Source: Chrysemys picta bellii (Eukaryota). From it: DNA of 64,000 nucleotides. This document shows, in pieces, positions 1 to 10,500 of the stretch; the stretch's first letter is position 1, and every line of letters begins with the position of its first letter. The stretch covers positions 44,020,001 through 44,084,000 of the forward strand of contig NC_088802.1 in assembly GCF_011386835.1 (NCBI RefSeq), given 5' to 3'. A program made the position numbers and the translations under genes. The notes below the pieces were generated by a model. It did not search any database. It was not told where the DNA came from and saw only the letters and a list, made by a program, of their open reading frames with translations.

Positions 1-1523
1 GGACCAGAAACAATATGATGTGACTTATCTGATCAACCACAATATAGCTCAAATAACCAATATTCACAGAGAACTGCCCAGGGTCAGGCCAACATTTTCA
101 AAAATTACCCCCCAGAATTGGATACTGGATAAATGAGAGGAGATTGCAGCCTGTTTGTGGAATATCCAAGGGGGAAAAAAGAAACTGGCCACATTCATTA
201 TCAATTCTTTTTTCAGCTCTAATAGTGAGTGTAAGGTAGGGAAAAGACAGCAGAAAACCTCAGGATCTAAATGCTCTAGTTACATTTATTTTTCACTTTC
301 TGGCCTCCGTTTAAAGCAAAAATGGACCCCAGGCTATAAAATCCAGATCTGAATCCAAATCTAGATTTTGCATTCTCACAAACTTGGAGGATGGTTGGAT
401 CCAGGTTTGTGGTTCACTCCATTACAGCGGGAGGGGCAAGCCACCCAATTTGGAATTAGATTCCCTTCCAAAAAGTCAGAGTGGGAGCTGGAACGGAGGC
501 TTTGCTGCCAACCTGTCACTAATTGAAAGGGAAGCTGCATTGTGAACTTCACTTATATTGCAAAGAGAAAGCCACAATTTAAAAAAAACAACAACCTTAC
601 ATGTAATAAAAATAGTTAACAGGAAAGCTGCCGTTTCAACACGGCTCGAGAAACAGGAAGAACAACTCAACATGTTGTGATAATATTTGGCAATTATACA
701 GTGCATTCCATCTTCATAGCACTGCACAATCGTCTGCTGGCTTAGCCGCACAATCCCCCCTCCCCCCAGTTCCCCAGGGGTAGGAAAGTAACTATTATCA
801 GCCCCTATTTTACTGATACGGAAACGGAAACATTGAGATGAAGTGACTTGACCAAGGTCACAAAAGGAATCAGCCGGCTCAGTTCTCCCCTGTATCCATG
901 CGCCACTTGCCACGGAAGAGCCAAAGTGACTTCACACAGCAAGTCAGGGGCGGAGCCAGAACTCAGGTCCCAGCCCAGCACTGTAGCCACTAGACCACAC
1001 TGCCTCTCTGCTGAATGTTGCCAGATGAAGCACAAAAACGACTCACCTGTTCTAACGAAAGGCAGATGAGGATGGCAAAGCTAATAATACATTAATACCC
1101 ATTAAAGAGAGGTGAACCACCATAGCTCAATGGGTAATTAGCATTTGGCATGGTTGGTGTTTTAGGTACACCCAGAGTTAAATAATCGTCCTCCAAAGGA
1201 GTGCCCTGCAAGAGCGTCCAACAGAAGCCGGATTGCAGCTGATTGCTTCCCCTCCACCCTGGTTCTTTCTTCTGTATTTCATCTAGTGTTTCTGCCCCCG
1301 TGATTGGAACTTGGCCAGGTTGTGATCGGAAGCAGAGCCCCAGAAGTGACTGACTGAAAGAACAAAGCAGAAGTGCCTGGGTATCACTTACTACAGACAC
1401 AGGATTTGCAAACCTGAGAGAGAGAAATGTCCCCGTCTGGAAGGAACCAGAGCTCTCTTTTTAGAGCATTTTAAAGAAAAGACGTCACAGAGCTTTAGGG
1501 AGAAAGGGGCAATTGGAAGGATA

Positions 1524-1563
1524 ATGCAGCTGTCCTTTGCTGGGGTGATTCTCTTCCTTGCAG
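1524..1563 (+). CDS. Signal-peptide exon of cassette A
   Basis: ATG 1524, 13 hydrophobic codons + 1 nt, donor cag|gtgag. Flanks are homologous to the leader at 4479 (gaaaagacgt...gaaaggggca...gggtgatt). Confidence 0.75.
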
Positions 1564-2483
1564 GTGAGAGGTTTCGATTGATCCAGTCACACCAGAGAGC
1601 CCACCTGAAAGGGGAGGGATAGCTCAGTGCTTTGAGCATTGGCCTGCTAAACCCAGGGTGGCAAGCTCAATCCTTGAGGGGGCCATCTGGGGCAAAATCA
1701 GCACTTGGTCCTGCTAGTGAAGGCAGGGGGCTGGACGCGATGACCTTTCAGGGTCCCTTCCAGCTCTAGGAGATAGGTATATCTCCACCGATTATTAAGG
1801 CTAATCTACCTACAAACCCACTGAGAGCCAGTCTCCTTTGCTTGCCTTTCAAAAGGAGAGAGGCTAAGGGGGTCTATTGTCAGCTCTCTACAGGGGATTT
1901 ATGCTGGGTAACTTTAGCATTAACACTAACGGGAATCACCCACATACAACCCCTGTGGAGCCAGATGAGACCCTCCCCCTCTATTTCTCTGCTGGTGGGT
2001 AGCACACTGCATGGTCTGATAGGGACCAGCTGGGGGGAGGGAATGGGGCTCCTTGGGGTGTTGAGTTCAAGTTGCCCTTCCGCCTCCTCAACCCCCCAGT
2101 GAAGAGGAAATGACAAGTTTTGCTTTGTATTTCAGGCTACTCCTGTGGGCTGGCTGCCCCGGAGTTGACTGGCCCTGGGGAGGTGAGCAGGCCCCTGGGC
2201 GAGTCGGTGTCTGTGCAGTGTCAGTACCGTGAAAGGTATCAAGGAAATAGCAAATACTGGTGCAGAGGAGCAGTCTGGAGCTCCTGTCACACAGCTGTTA
2301 AGACCACAGGGTCGGAGGCCGAGGCAAAGGGGGACAGAGTCTCCATCAGAGACAACCACAGGCTGCGCACATTCACGGTGACCATGGAGACCCTGACGCT
2401 GGGAGATGCTGGGATTTACTGGTGTGGGATAAGCAAATTTGGATTCGATCCGGGGGTTCCGGTTAAGGTGACTGTTCTCCCAG
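1524..2483 (+). CDS. CD300-like cassette A: leader exon + IgV exon, no own stalk/TM exon found
   Basis: Exons 1524-1563 (MQLSFAGVILFLA-G, GT donor) and 2136-2483 join in frame (phase 1). No stalk or TM exon recognisable before the next leader at 4479. Confidence 0.8.
1612..1795 (+). mobile_element. tRNA-derived tortoise Pol III (Cry-type) SINE
   Basis: gggagggatagctcagtg...gagcattggcctgctaaacccaggg...ctcaatcc (A/B boxes) followed by a CR1-like tail ggtcccttccagctct. Confidence 0.85.
2136..2483 (+). CDS. CD300/pIgR-type IgV exon A
   Basis: Acceptor ttcag at 2135, donor cag|gtgag at 2484, 348 nt phase 1-1. VSVQCQY...KYWCRGAVWSSC...DRVSIRDN...DAGIYWCGI; the extra C-C' loop Cys pair is typical of CD300/pIgR/TREM. 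Confidence 0.93.
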
Positions 2484-4478
2484 GTGAGTGTCTGCTCAGA
2501 TCTCTGCACGGCTCCTACACTGCGACTGAGGGTGACTGGGGGATGGGTAAGAAAGAGAGACGGGCACTCCAGGGCAGGATGTTCGTATATCCCTACCTGT
2601 CCCCAGAGGTGATTTCCTGAGCTGATTCGCCCCTACTGGTATTGCAGTGGGCCACGAGCAGGACACGTGCAGGTCTGGAAGAGGCTGTCCCTGTGGGCAG
2701 GCTTGAGTCCGAGTTTATTGTCTGGGTGGGTTTTACACCTCCTGGGCAGCCACAGCAGCTCACGCCCCCGGACCAGCTCGGAAGAACCGGGGGCACAACT
2801 GCAGCCCCATGTTGACTAAGGGATCCAGCAGGGAGCTTCCCAGGGTTGCAGAGGCTCTAACCAGCACAGGAGCAGAGCAGTAGCAGAGGGCAGCGAACGT
2901 TGCCTGAAGCTCCTGCTCCCCATTGAAATGTAGCTCTGCTCTGAAAAACGGCTGGAAAAAACCCGGCCCCTTGATGGTCTCTCAGGGATTCCAGGTCAAA
3001 CACGCTCCCTTTACGAGCACCAAGATGGCAGTTTTCCAGCTGTAGCCCCGCCCCCCTGCAAACCTGGGATCTGAGTGCCAAGCTGGGCTTTTTCCTTCCA
3101 GCTCATCATCACCAGGACTAAAAATTCTAGGGGGCAGATTAAACCCACTAAGATGGTCCAGGTATATTCAGTCACCTTTTTCAATGAACTCACACCAGCC
3201 CTGGTCATGCTCCTTATTTGGGTACTTTCCCTGGGCATTCATACTTCTGAGTTTTTCTGGGAAAGCATTTGCATAAACCAAATTTTACATTACATGCCCA
3301 AGTCTTTGTGCTGGAAGATCTCACCCAGCTACCCAAATGGGGAGTAGAGACAAACTCTTGTTGGGGCTCAACTGGCCAATCACAACTCACCACTGCTACA
3401 GTCACAAATATTAACTTTTCACAGGCGTGACATTCCCCACTGTGCAGAGGGACGTTACTCACTCAGGCCATTTAGCCTCCCTCTGTAGCAGCTATTTAGA
3501 GAAGAGAGGGGCCCAGGCCACAAAATATGGATCCAGATTTTGCACCCCACAGGGTTTGGGGTGTGTGTGTCCAGATTGAGGGTTTTGACTCATCTCTTTA
3601 CAGGCATAGGGGCCAACTACAGAATTCAGATCCAGAATTCTCTCTCCGCCCACCCACACTCCAATGTTTGGGACAGGGAAGGGACTGGAGCTTGGGTTTA
3701 GTTTGAACCCACACCTAATTTGAAGGAAGACTGCGTAGAAATGATTTTCCAATCACTACAGCTACATTTCAAAGAGCAAATGGCTATTTTTAAAGTCCCT
3801 TACACATAATGAATATCAATTGTTAACAGCAAAGCTGCAATCTCAAGTGTCTGATGACCTGGTGTGAGACACAGGAAAGGCAGCTCAATATATAACACTT
3901 AGCACCTATATGGTGCTTCCTGTCTTCACAGCAGCGCTGTACAAATGTTAACGGGTTTATCTTCTTAGCACCACCGAGAGACAGGTAAGTACATTGTACC
4001 CCCATCCTACGGCTGAAGTGACTTGTCCCAGGTCACAGAGTCAAGTCAGTGTCCGGATTTCCTGACTTCCATTCCTGTGCTCAGATCACTAGGGCCACAG
4101 AGTTGCTGGAAGGGAAGTTCTGTTATCGGTGCAGAAAACGTGCATGTTGTGTGTGTTAAACCACTGTAACCATGCAGCAATCAAAGCCACCGTCCTACAG
4201 GAGCTTCCATCACAAATCCAGTTGTAACCAGTTGCTTGCCACTGACACCCCTCCTTTCCTCTCTGCCTTCTTGCTTGTAAATGGGGGGGGGGGGGAACAG
4301 CGCAAAAGGAAATGAGGCATCAGATAAGAAAAAGGAAGCCGAAGTGTTTGGGTGTCACCGACAGGGCAGGTTGGCAGCCTTCAGAGGGAAGGTTGCGGTC
4401 CCTGGGGGAAGCAGAGTTTGCTTTTCGGTGCCAGTTCGAGAAAAGACGTGAAACAGATTAAGGGCGAAAGGGGCAGTT

Positions 4479-4527
4479 ATGGGGATGTTGCAGGTGCCCT
4501 TCACCAGGGTGATTCTTCTCCTTCCAG
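4479..4527 (+). CDS. Signal-peptide exon of the CD300LF-like gene
   Basis: MGMLQVPFTRVILLLP-G, donor cag|gtaag at 4528, phase 1. Confidence 0.75.
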
Positions 4528-7500
4528 GTAAGAGGTTTTTATTCCTCCATTCACACCAGAACCACTTTGCCCGGAAGGTCAGTCACCCCACGCTGGAGTT
4601 TCTCTCCCCTTCCTGCTCTCTCTCAACTTCAGAGCGGAGAGAACCTAAGGGGGCATCTCCCGCTCTCCAGCTGGGGATTTACGCTGCGTAACTCAGCAGT
4701 AATGCTGCTAGGCGTCATGTGCATAACCCCGCAGGAACCACATGAGACCTGAGAAATGCTTATTAGCAGGGCTTGGGGAGTACCTGCTTGGCATCCTGCC
4801 ATCCAGTGCATTGCATGGAACGGCATGTATTCAGCATGACACAGGGAATGAGGCCCTTGGGATTTGGGGCTGCTGTCCCATATCCCTCACTCCTGGGGGC
4901 GTGGAGCAGGGTGTTGAGATTTGCTTTGTTTTTCAGGCTATTTCTCTGCCCTGGCTGCCCCGGCACTGACTGCCCCTAGGGAGGTGAGCGGGCCCCCGGG
5001 GGGCACGGTGTCCGTACCGTGTCACTACGGTAAAACAGCTCAGGGATCTCCGAAATACTGGTGCAGGGGAGCACAGTGGAACAGCTGCTCCAAAGTTGTT
5101 GAGACTGAAAGGTCAGAGGTCAAGGTGAAACGGGGCAGAGTCTCCATCACAGACAGTCACAGCACGCGCACATTCACTGTGACCACGGAGAACCTGACTC
5201 TGGAAGATGCTGGGATCTACTGGTGTGGAATAAATATAAAAGGTGGAGGTGATCCTTATTTCCTTGTTAACGTGACTGTTCTCCCAGGTGAGTCTCTGCT
5301 CTGATCTACTGATGGCAACCTGGAGCCAGGGCTGGATTAACTCTCCTGTGGGCCCAGGGCTATGAGATTTTGTGGGGCCCCTGTATACAAGTCTTTTTCC
5401 TAATTTAAAACAAAATTATCACAATTATGGCATTGAGGCTATTAATGCTATACTCAACTTGCCTTTTAGTTAACATAAAGCTGTTCTGTGGTTACATTTC
5501 AGTCTTAAAACATGTAGAATATAGTTAAGTTAATTCAAAAATAGCTTATTTCTTACCTTAGAACAGCTGTTATATTAGTTTCTTTCTGGGAGGGAGTTGG
5601 GGTGCAGGAGGGGGCTCCCGGCTGGGGCAGAGTGTTGGGGTACAGGAGAGGGTGAGGGGTACAGGCTCTGGGAGGGAGTTTGGTGCAAGAGGGAATTCTG
5701 ACCTGGGGCAGGGGGTTGGGGTGCAGGGTCTGGGAAGGGGGTTGGGTGCAGGAGGGGGCTCCCGGCTGGGGCAGAGTGTTGCGGTGCAGGAGAGGGTGAG
5801 GGGTGCAGGCTCTGGGAGGGAGTTTGGTGCAAGAGGGAATTCTGACCTGGGGCAGGGGGTTGAGGTGCAGAGGCACCAACTTTCCCCAGCGCCGCTGGGT
5901 GCTCGTGCCCCCCTACCCTGACTCCACCCTTTCCCTGCCCCACCCCCATTCCAACCCCTTCCCCAAATCCCTGCCCTGGCCCTGCCTCTTCCCCAAGCAC
6001 TCCGCGTTCTCCCTCCTCCCTCCCAGCCATGCAAAACATCTGTTTTGCGGCACAAGCGCCGGGAGCTAGGGGGGAAAAGCGGGCACGCGGTGTGCTCAGG
6101 GGAGAAGGCGGAGCGGAGGCGGAGGTGAGCTGGGCAGGGGGACGGGAAGCTGCCAGTGGGTACAGAGCACCCACCAATTTTTCCCCGTGGGTGCTCCAGC
6201 CCTGGAGCACCTATGTTGAGGTGCAGGAGAGGATGCGAGGTGTAGGTGCTTACCACAGGCAACTCCCGGCCAGTGGCGCAGCAGGGCTCAGGCAGGCTGC
6301 CTGCCTGCAGGCCGTGGCTCCACACCACTCCTGGACGCAGCCCGCTGCTGACACGGGGAGGGGAGCAGCGTCTCCACGTGCGCTGCCCACAGGCGCCCCG
6401 TTCCCGGCCAATGGGAGCTGCGGGGACTGTGCTGGCGGCAGGGGCAACGCGCGGAGCCGCCCCCCTGCCCGGGGCTGCAGAGACATGGCAGCAGCTGGCC
6501 GCTTCTGGGAGCGGCGTGGGGCCACGGCCTGTAGGCAGCCTGCCTGAGCCCTGCTGTACCGTGCCCCCCCTTAGCCCAGGGCTACAGCCCGTAAACCCCT
6601 GCGTTTATCTGGCCCTGCCTGGAGCCCAAGTGTCTGATTGGGGAGTGCTGGTGAGAGACCCAGACAGCTATTTCTAGCCCCAGGATAGCATCCTGGTCAC
6701 TCAACCCTAGTGTACAGCAATAGGCCCGTGCTCGGGTCTGTGGGGCTGGAGAAGTGAGCTGATGTGGGCGCCCAGGGGTTAGCGTATGTATGTGTGTGCA
6801 GGCTACACCTCCTGCTCCCAGGCAGCCGCATGCACCCACTCCGGCAGCAACTCTTAGTGCTTGGAGGGCCAGCAGGGTGCTGCTGGAGGCCTCCAAGCAC
6901 CAAAGCAGGGGAGTGGCGGCAGTGGGCTGCAAGACCCTCCCCGTCACACTAAAGGCAAGTCTGTCGCTGCTGACCTGAGGCTGGGGGCAGAGGGACCGGG
7001 GGGTGGGGGGGCAGGGACTCCTGGCAATTGAGCCAACTATAGGGGAGACTCCCCTACTGAATGCAGGACTGGGATGGGGAGAAGCAGCAGGCGGGAGGGA
7101 GGGGGGATGGAGAGGGGGAGAAGGAAGGAGCACGGAGTGGGGTGTGCTCTACCTTGGGTACCTTGCTCTGCATGCCTTGCTCCATTGCAGCAGGTCTCTT
7201 GGATCGGGCTGGACCCCCAGGCAATAGGGGCTAGTCCCTGAGGGCTCCCCCCTCTGGGCTGGCTCAGGAAACCAAGGTGCAGTGGGAACAGAAGAGCCAG
7301 CGGAACCTGCTCCTTGTGTCGACATTTCCTTGGGAAGATCAACTAAAGGGAACAACTCTGTGTCGAAATTTAAAATGCACACCGTGGCCTGCGTGAGAGC
7401 TGGTATAGGACAGGATCAGTGTGCGGGGGGTGTCTGGGGATCTGGTCCTGGAGCAAGGGGGGGAAAGCGGGTATGATCTCCGGGGAAATCCCTAGAGGGA

Positions 7501-10500
7501 CTCGGGTTTGAATCTCTCCCTTGCTGGGGCGGGGGGGGGGGTAAATATTTGACCAATAACTATTATAGGAAATCGAATGGCCCCCGCAGGGCGAGCGCGT
7601 TGAATCTGGAGACTGCAGGCAGTGCTTAGAGTACAGAATAGAGGGAGATTAGTGCTGCTCGGAGGCCCTGACCCAAAGCCCATTGAAGTCTATGGATACA
7701 CTCCCACTAACGTCAGTGCGCATAAGGCCCTCAGTGCAACCTTAACTATGGAGCTCTGTGATACGTACCCCAGGCGAAATCCCCCCTCCCTCTCCAGTCC
7801 CCACCCTGAGATCAGCCCACTCCCAGGCAGCGCACCCCAGCTCCTTGCCTTCACTCCATTACAGAGCCCTGCTTTCCACCGATGGACAGCAGCTCCCATC
7901 GCCTGGTTGTGTGGTCACTTGTGTGCGGTGGGTTTGCTAGGGACAGTCTAGATCCCAGCGGTCACCTCGCTGCGTGCCAGCTAACACTCATGCTCTGCGC
8001 TAATCCTCCCCCTCGGTGGCAGGCTCAGGTGAGAGGCCAAGAACTGGACTGGGCCTAGAGCCTGATGGCGCCATTCACGCCTAGGGGTGCTAGGTGAAGA
8101 GAGGGCTCCAGCATGGGCAGGCTGGCATCTGCCACTTGAAATGGCAAGACTAAGAACACAGCTGCCTATGGAGACGTGACATTTTGAAGACCTCAGAGCA
8201 TTGTGTTTTCTGGCTTCTATTTTCAGCTCTTTCCACTGCAGTGATGGTAACCACTGGATCTCTCTCCCCAGCAATAGGCACAACAAACACAGCTGAGCAC
8301 CCCAAAAGGTAAGGGCGGTTAAGTACATGTAAAAGCAGGGTCTCAGCTGGGGTGTTCAGGGCTGAATTTCCAGGCCCAGCTTTGCATGCGGGTTGTGGTC
8401 TGCAGCGGCAGAGACGGGCACATCCTGGTTTATGTATGCAGACTAAGGGGCTGGGCATCTCACTGCCTGATTTGTGTCTGCAGATGGGGGATGTTGCACA
8501 TCCAAAACCAGAGAAGTTCCCACCCAGCTGCTGGTGCTCGTGATCATGCACTGCCAGGCTGATGTACCGTTTCCCTGCACCGTACCATCATTTACACAGG
8601 CACAGAGGGAGTGCAAGTCCACTGCAAAAGTCAGTGGGAGAACTGCACAAGTTCTGCAGGCTCAGGCCTGCTGTCAAAGCTACAAAGCACAGAGAGGTAG
8701 AGACACTTCCCCAGGGTCACACAGCGTGTACCATTGGGACAGAGCTAGGACCAGTTCTCGGGTGTTCCTGGACTCTGGTTCTGTGGTCAGGCCACTAGCC
8801 CAGGCTTCCTCAAGACCTTTACTCTGCCTAACTGCACTCTCTCCATTGGTTTCCCTAATAACGCTTTACAATTCAGTATACAAGAAGCTGCCATCTTATT
8901 TCTCACCCTTCCTGAGAGAGAGCGAGATCTTCCCCCAAAGAGCACCCTCGTCCTCCTTCAATCTTCACCGCTCCAAACAGACATGGCTGCAGCAACCAAA
9001 TCCTCTCTTTTCTCTTGGCCTGCTGTTCCCTCTTATTCATATTGCCAGCCCTGTCTGCTCTGCCTTCCCACCCTGCCAACTGTAGCTACCCCTGGTAAAT
9101 TAAATCTTCCCCTTGATCTGGTGACTTAGCCAACTCGCTTACCCTAATTAGATCACATCTCCCTCGGCACACGTGCTAATAAATAAAATTGTCTTGGTTT
9201 CTGAGCTTCTAGCGTTTTGTACAGGACCCATTTAGCGTTTCCCTGCTCCGGCCCTGTCTCTCTTTTGACCCCTAACACTAGCTGATCAAAGATCTCCCTT
9301 TAGCTGTCCTGTGTCTCAGTAGAAACTGAGGGCTGGTCTAAAGCCAGGATTTAAACCGAAATTTAGATCAGCCTAGCAACATTGCTCTGGGGTGTGAAAA
9401 ATTCACACTGTTGAGAGATGTCGTTAAGCCGACCAAAGCCCCAGTATACACAGCCCTAGGTCAATGGAAGAATTAGTCTACCTAGCTCCTGCCGCTCGCA
9501 GGGGTGGATTTACTACAATGATGGACAAACCCCTTCTCTCACTGTAGCAAGCGTCTACATGACAGCGCAGCAGCAACGCTGTCACTGTGCTGCCGTAGTG
9601 TAGACAAGCCCCCAAAGGGGTCATTTTTATACCAATTCAGTTAAACTGGTGTAACTTTGTGTGTGGACACTTACATGGATTTAAAGCTGGATTATAGCAG
9701 TTCAGCAGGGTCAGTAAATGATCAGCTCCACGCTAAACCCCATATAACCAGTTTTAAAAACTGATACAGGAGCCTTCACGCAGGGCAGTGCAATAGTTTA
9801 ACAGCATCTGTTTTTTAATTACACACAGGGGAGGGGCCGAGAAGCAGCATGGCCTGTAAGTGGCTGCTGGCGGGCCACTATACAGAGGTGCATTTGCACG
9901 AATACCTAGGGCAGGGCTGGCTTTGTTCCCCGACTGAATTTCCATCATCCCCGTCCCAGACGGGCAGGCAGTGTCAGAGATGTGTTTTTCCTTTGTCTTC
10001 CAGTTCTCCTTTCACCAGCACTATGTTCCTGCTGCCAATGCTCCTGCTGGTTTTACTTATATTACTGAGCGGAGCCATGGTTCTGGCCAGAAGAATGATG
10101 CTGAAGAGGAAAAAGGGTGAGAGGCCGAAGGTGGGGGCTGCCCCGGATTCATCTGGCTCTGCCCTCCTTTCATTTCTTTTCCTCTCTCATTTCTCTCCCC
10201 CACCCCACCATCACTTACTCCCTTGGCCAATAAAGCTTTGTGAAGCCCTGATCCTAACCGCTTAGTCTGCCAAAAATCCCATGCAAATCAGGAGTTTTGC
10301 CTCAGTAACCAGTTCTCCCATTTCTATGTTCAGTGCAAGGGAAGTGGTTTAACAGAACTGCACTTATTTACACAGCAGCCAGACTGAGCTAAGCACGATA
10401 GAGACACCTAGTGAGACACGGTTCCTAGAGGGAAGGGCTTTCAATCAAAGCCGGCAACATCCAGGCCCAGCAGCGGGGCTGGGAGTCAGAGTCCCGTTAT

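Noticed and set aside
1612-1680. tRNA-like sequence as a tRNA gene (also 43401-43470)
   Set aside because: It is the head of a SINE continuing into a CR1-derived tail; no proper acceptor stem or terminator.
3180-3245. Hydrophobic stretch PALVMLLIWVLSLGI as a TM exon for cassette A
   Set aside because: Only ~15 residues, not in the phase needed after IgV A via the 3101 acceptor, and no stalk exon or basic stop-transfer motif.
5553-6677. Several 90-250 aa ORFs
   Set aside because: All lie inside the TSD-bounded GC-rich hAT MITE; no transposase motifs.
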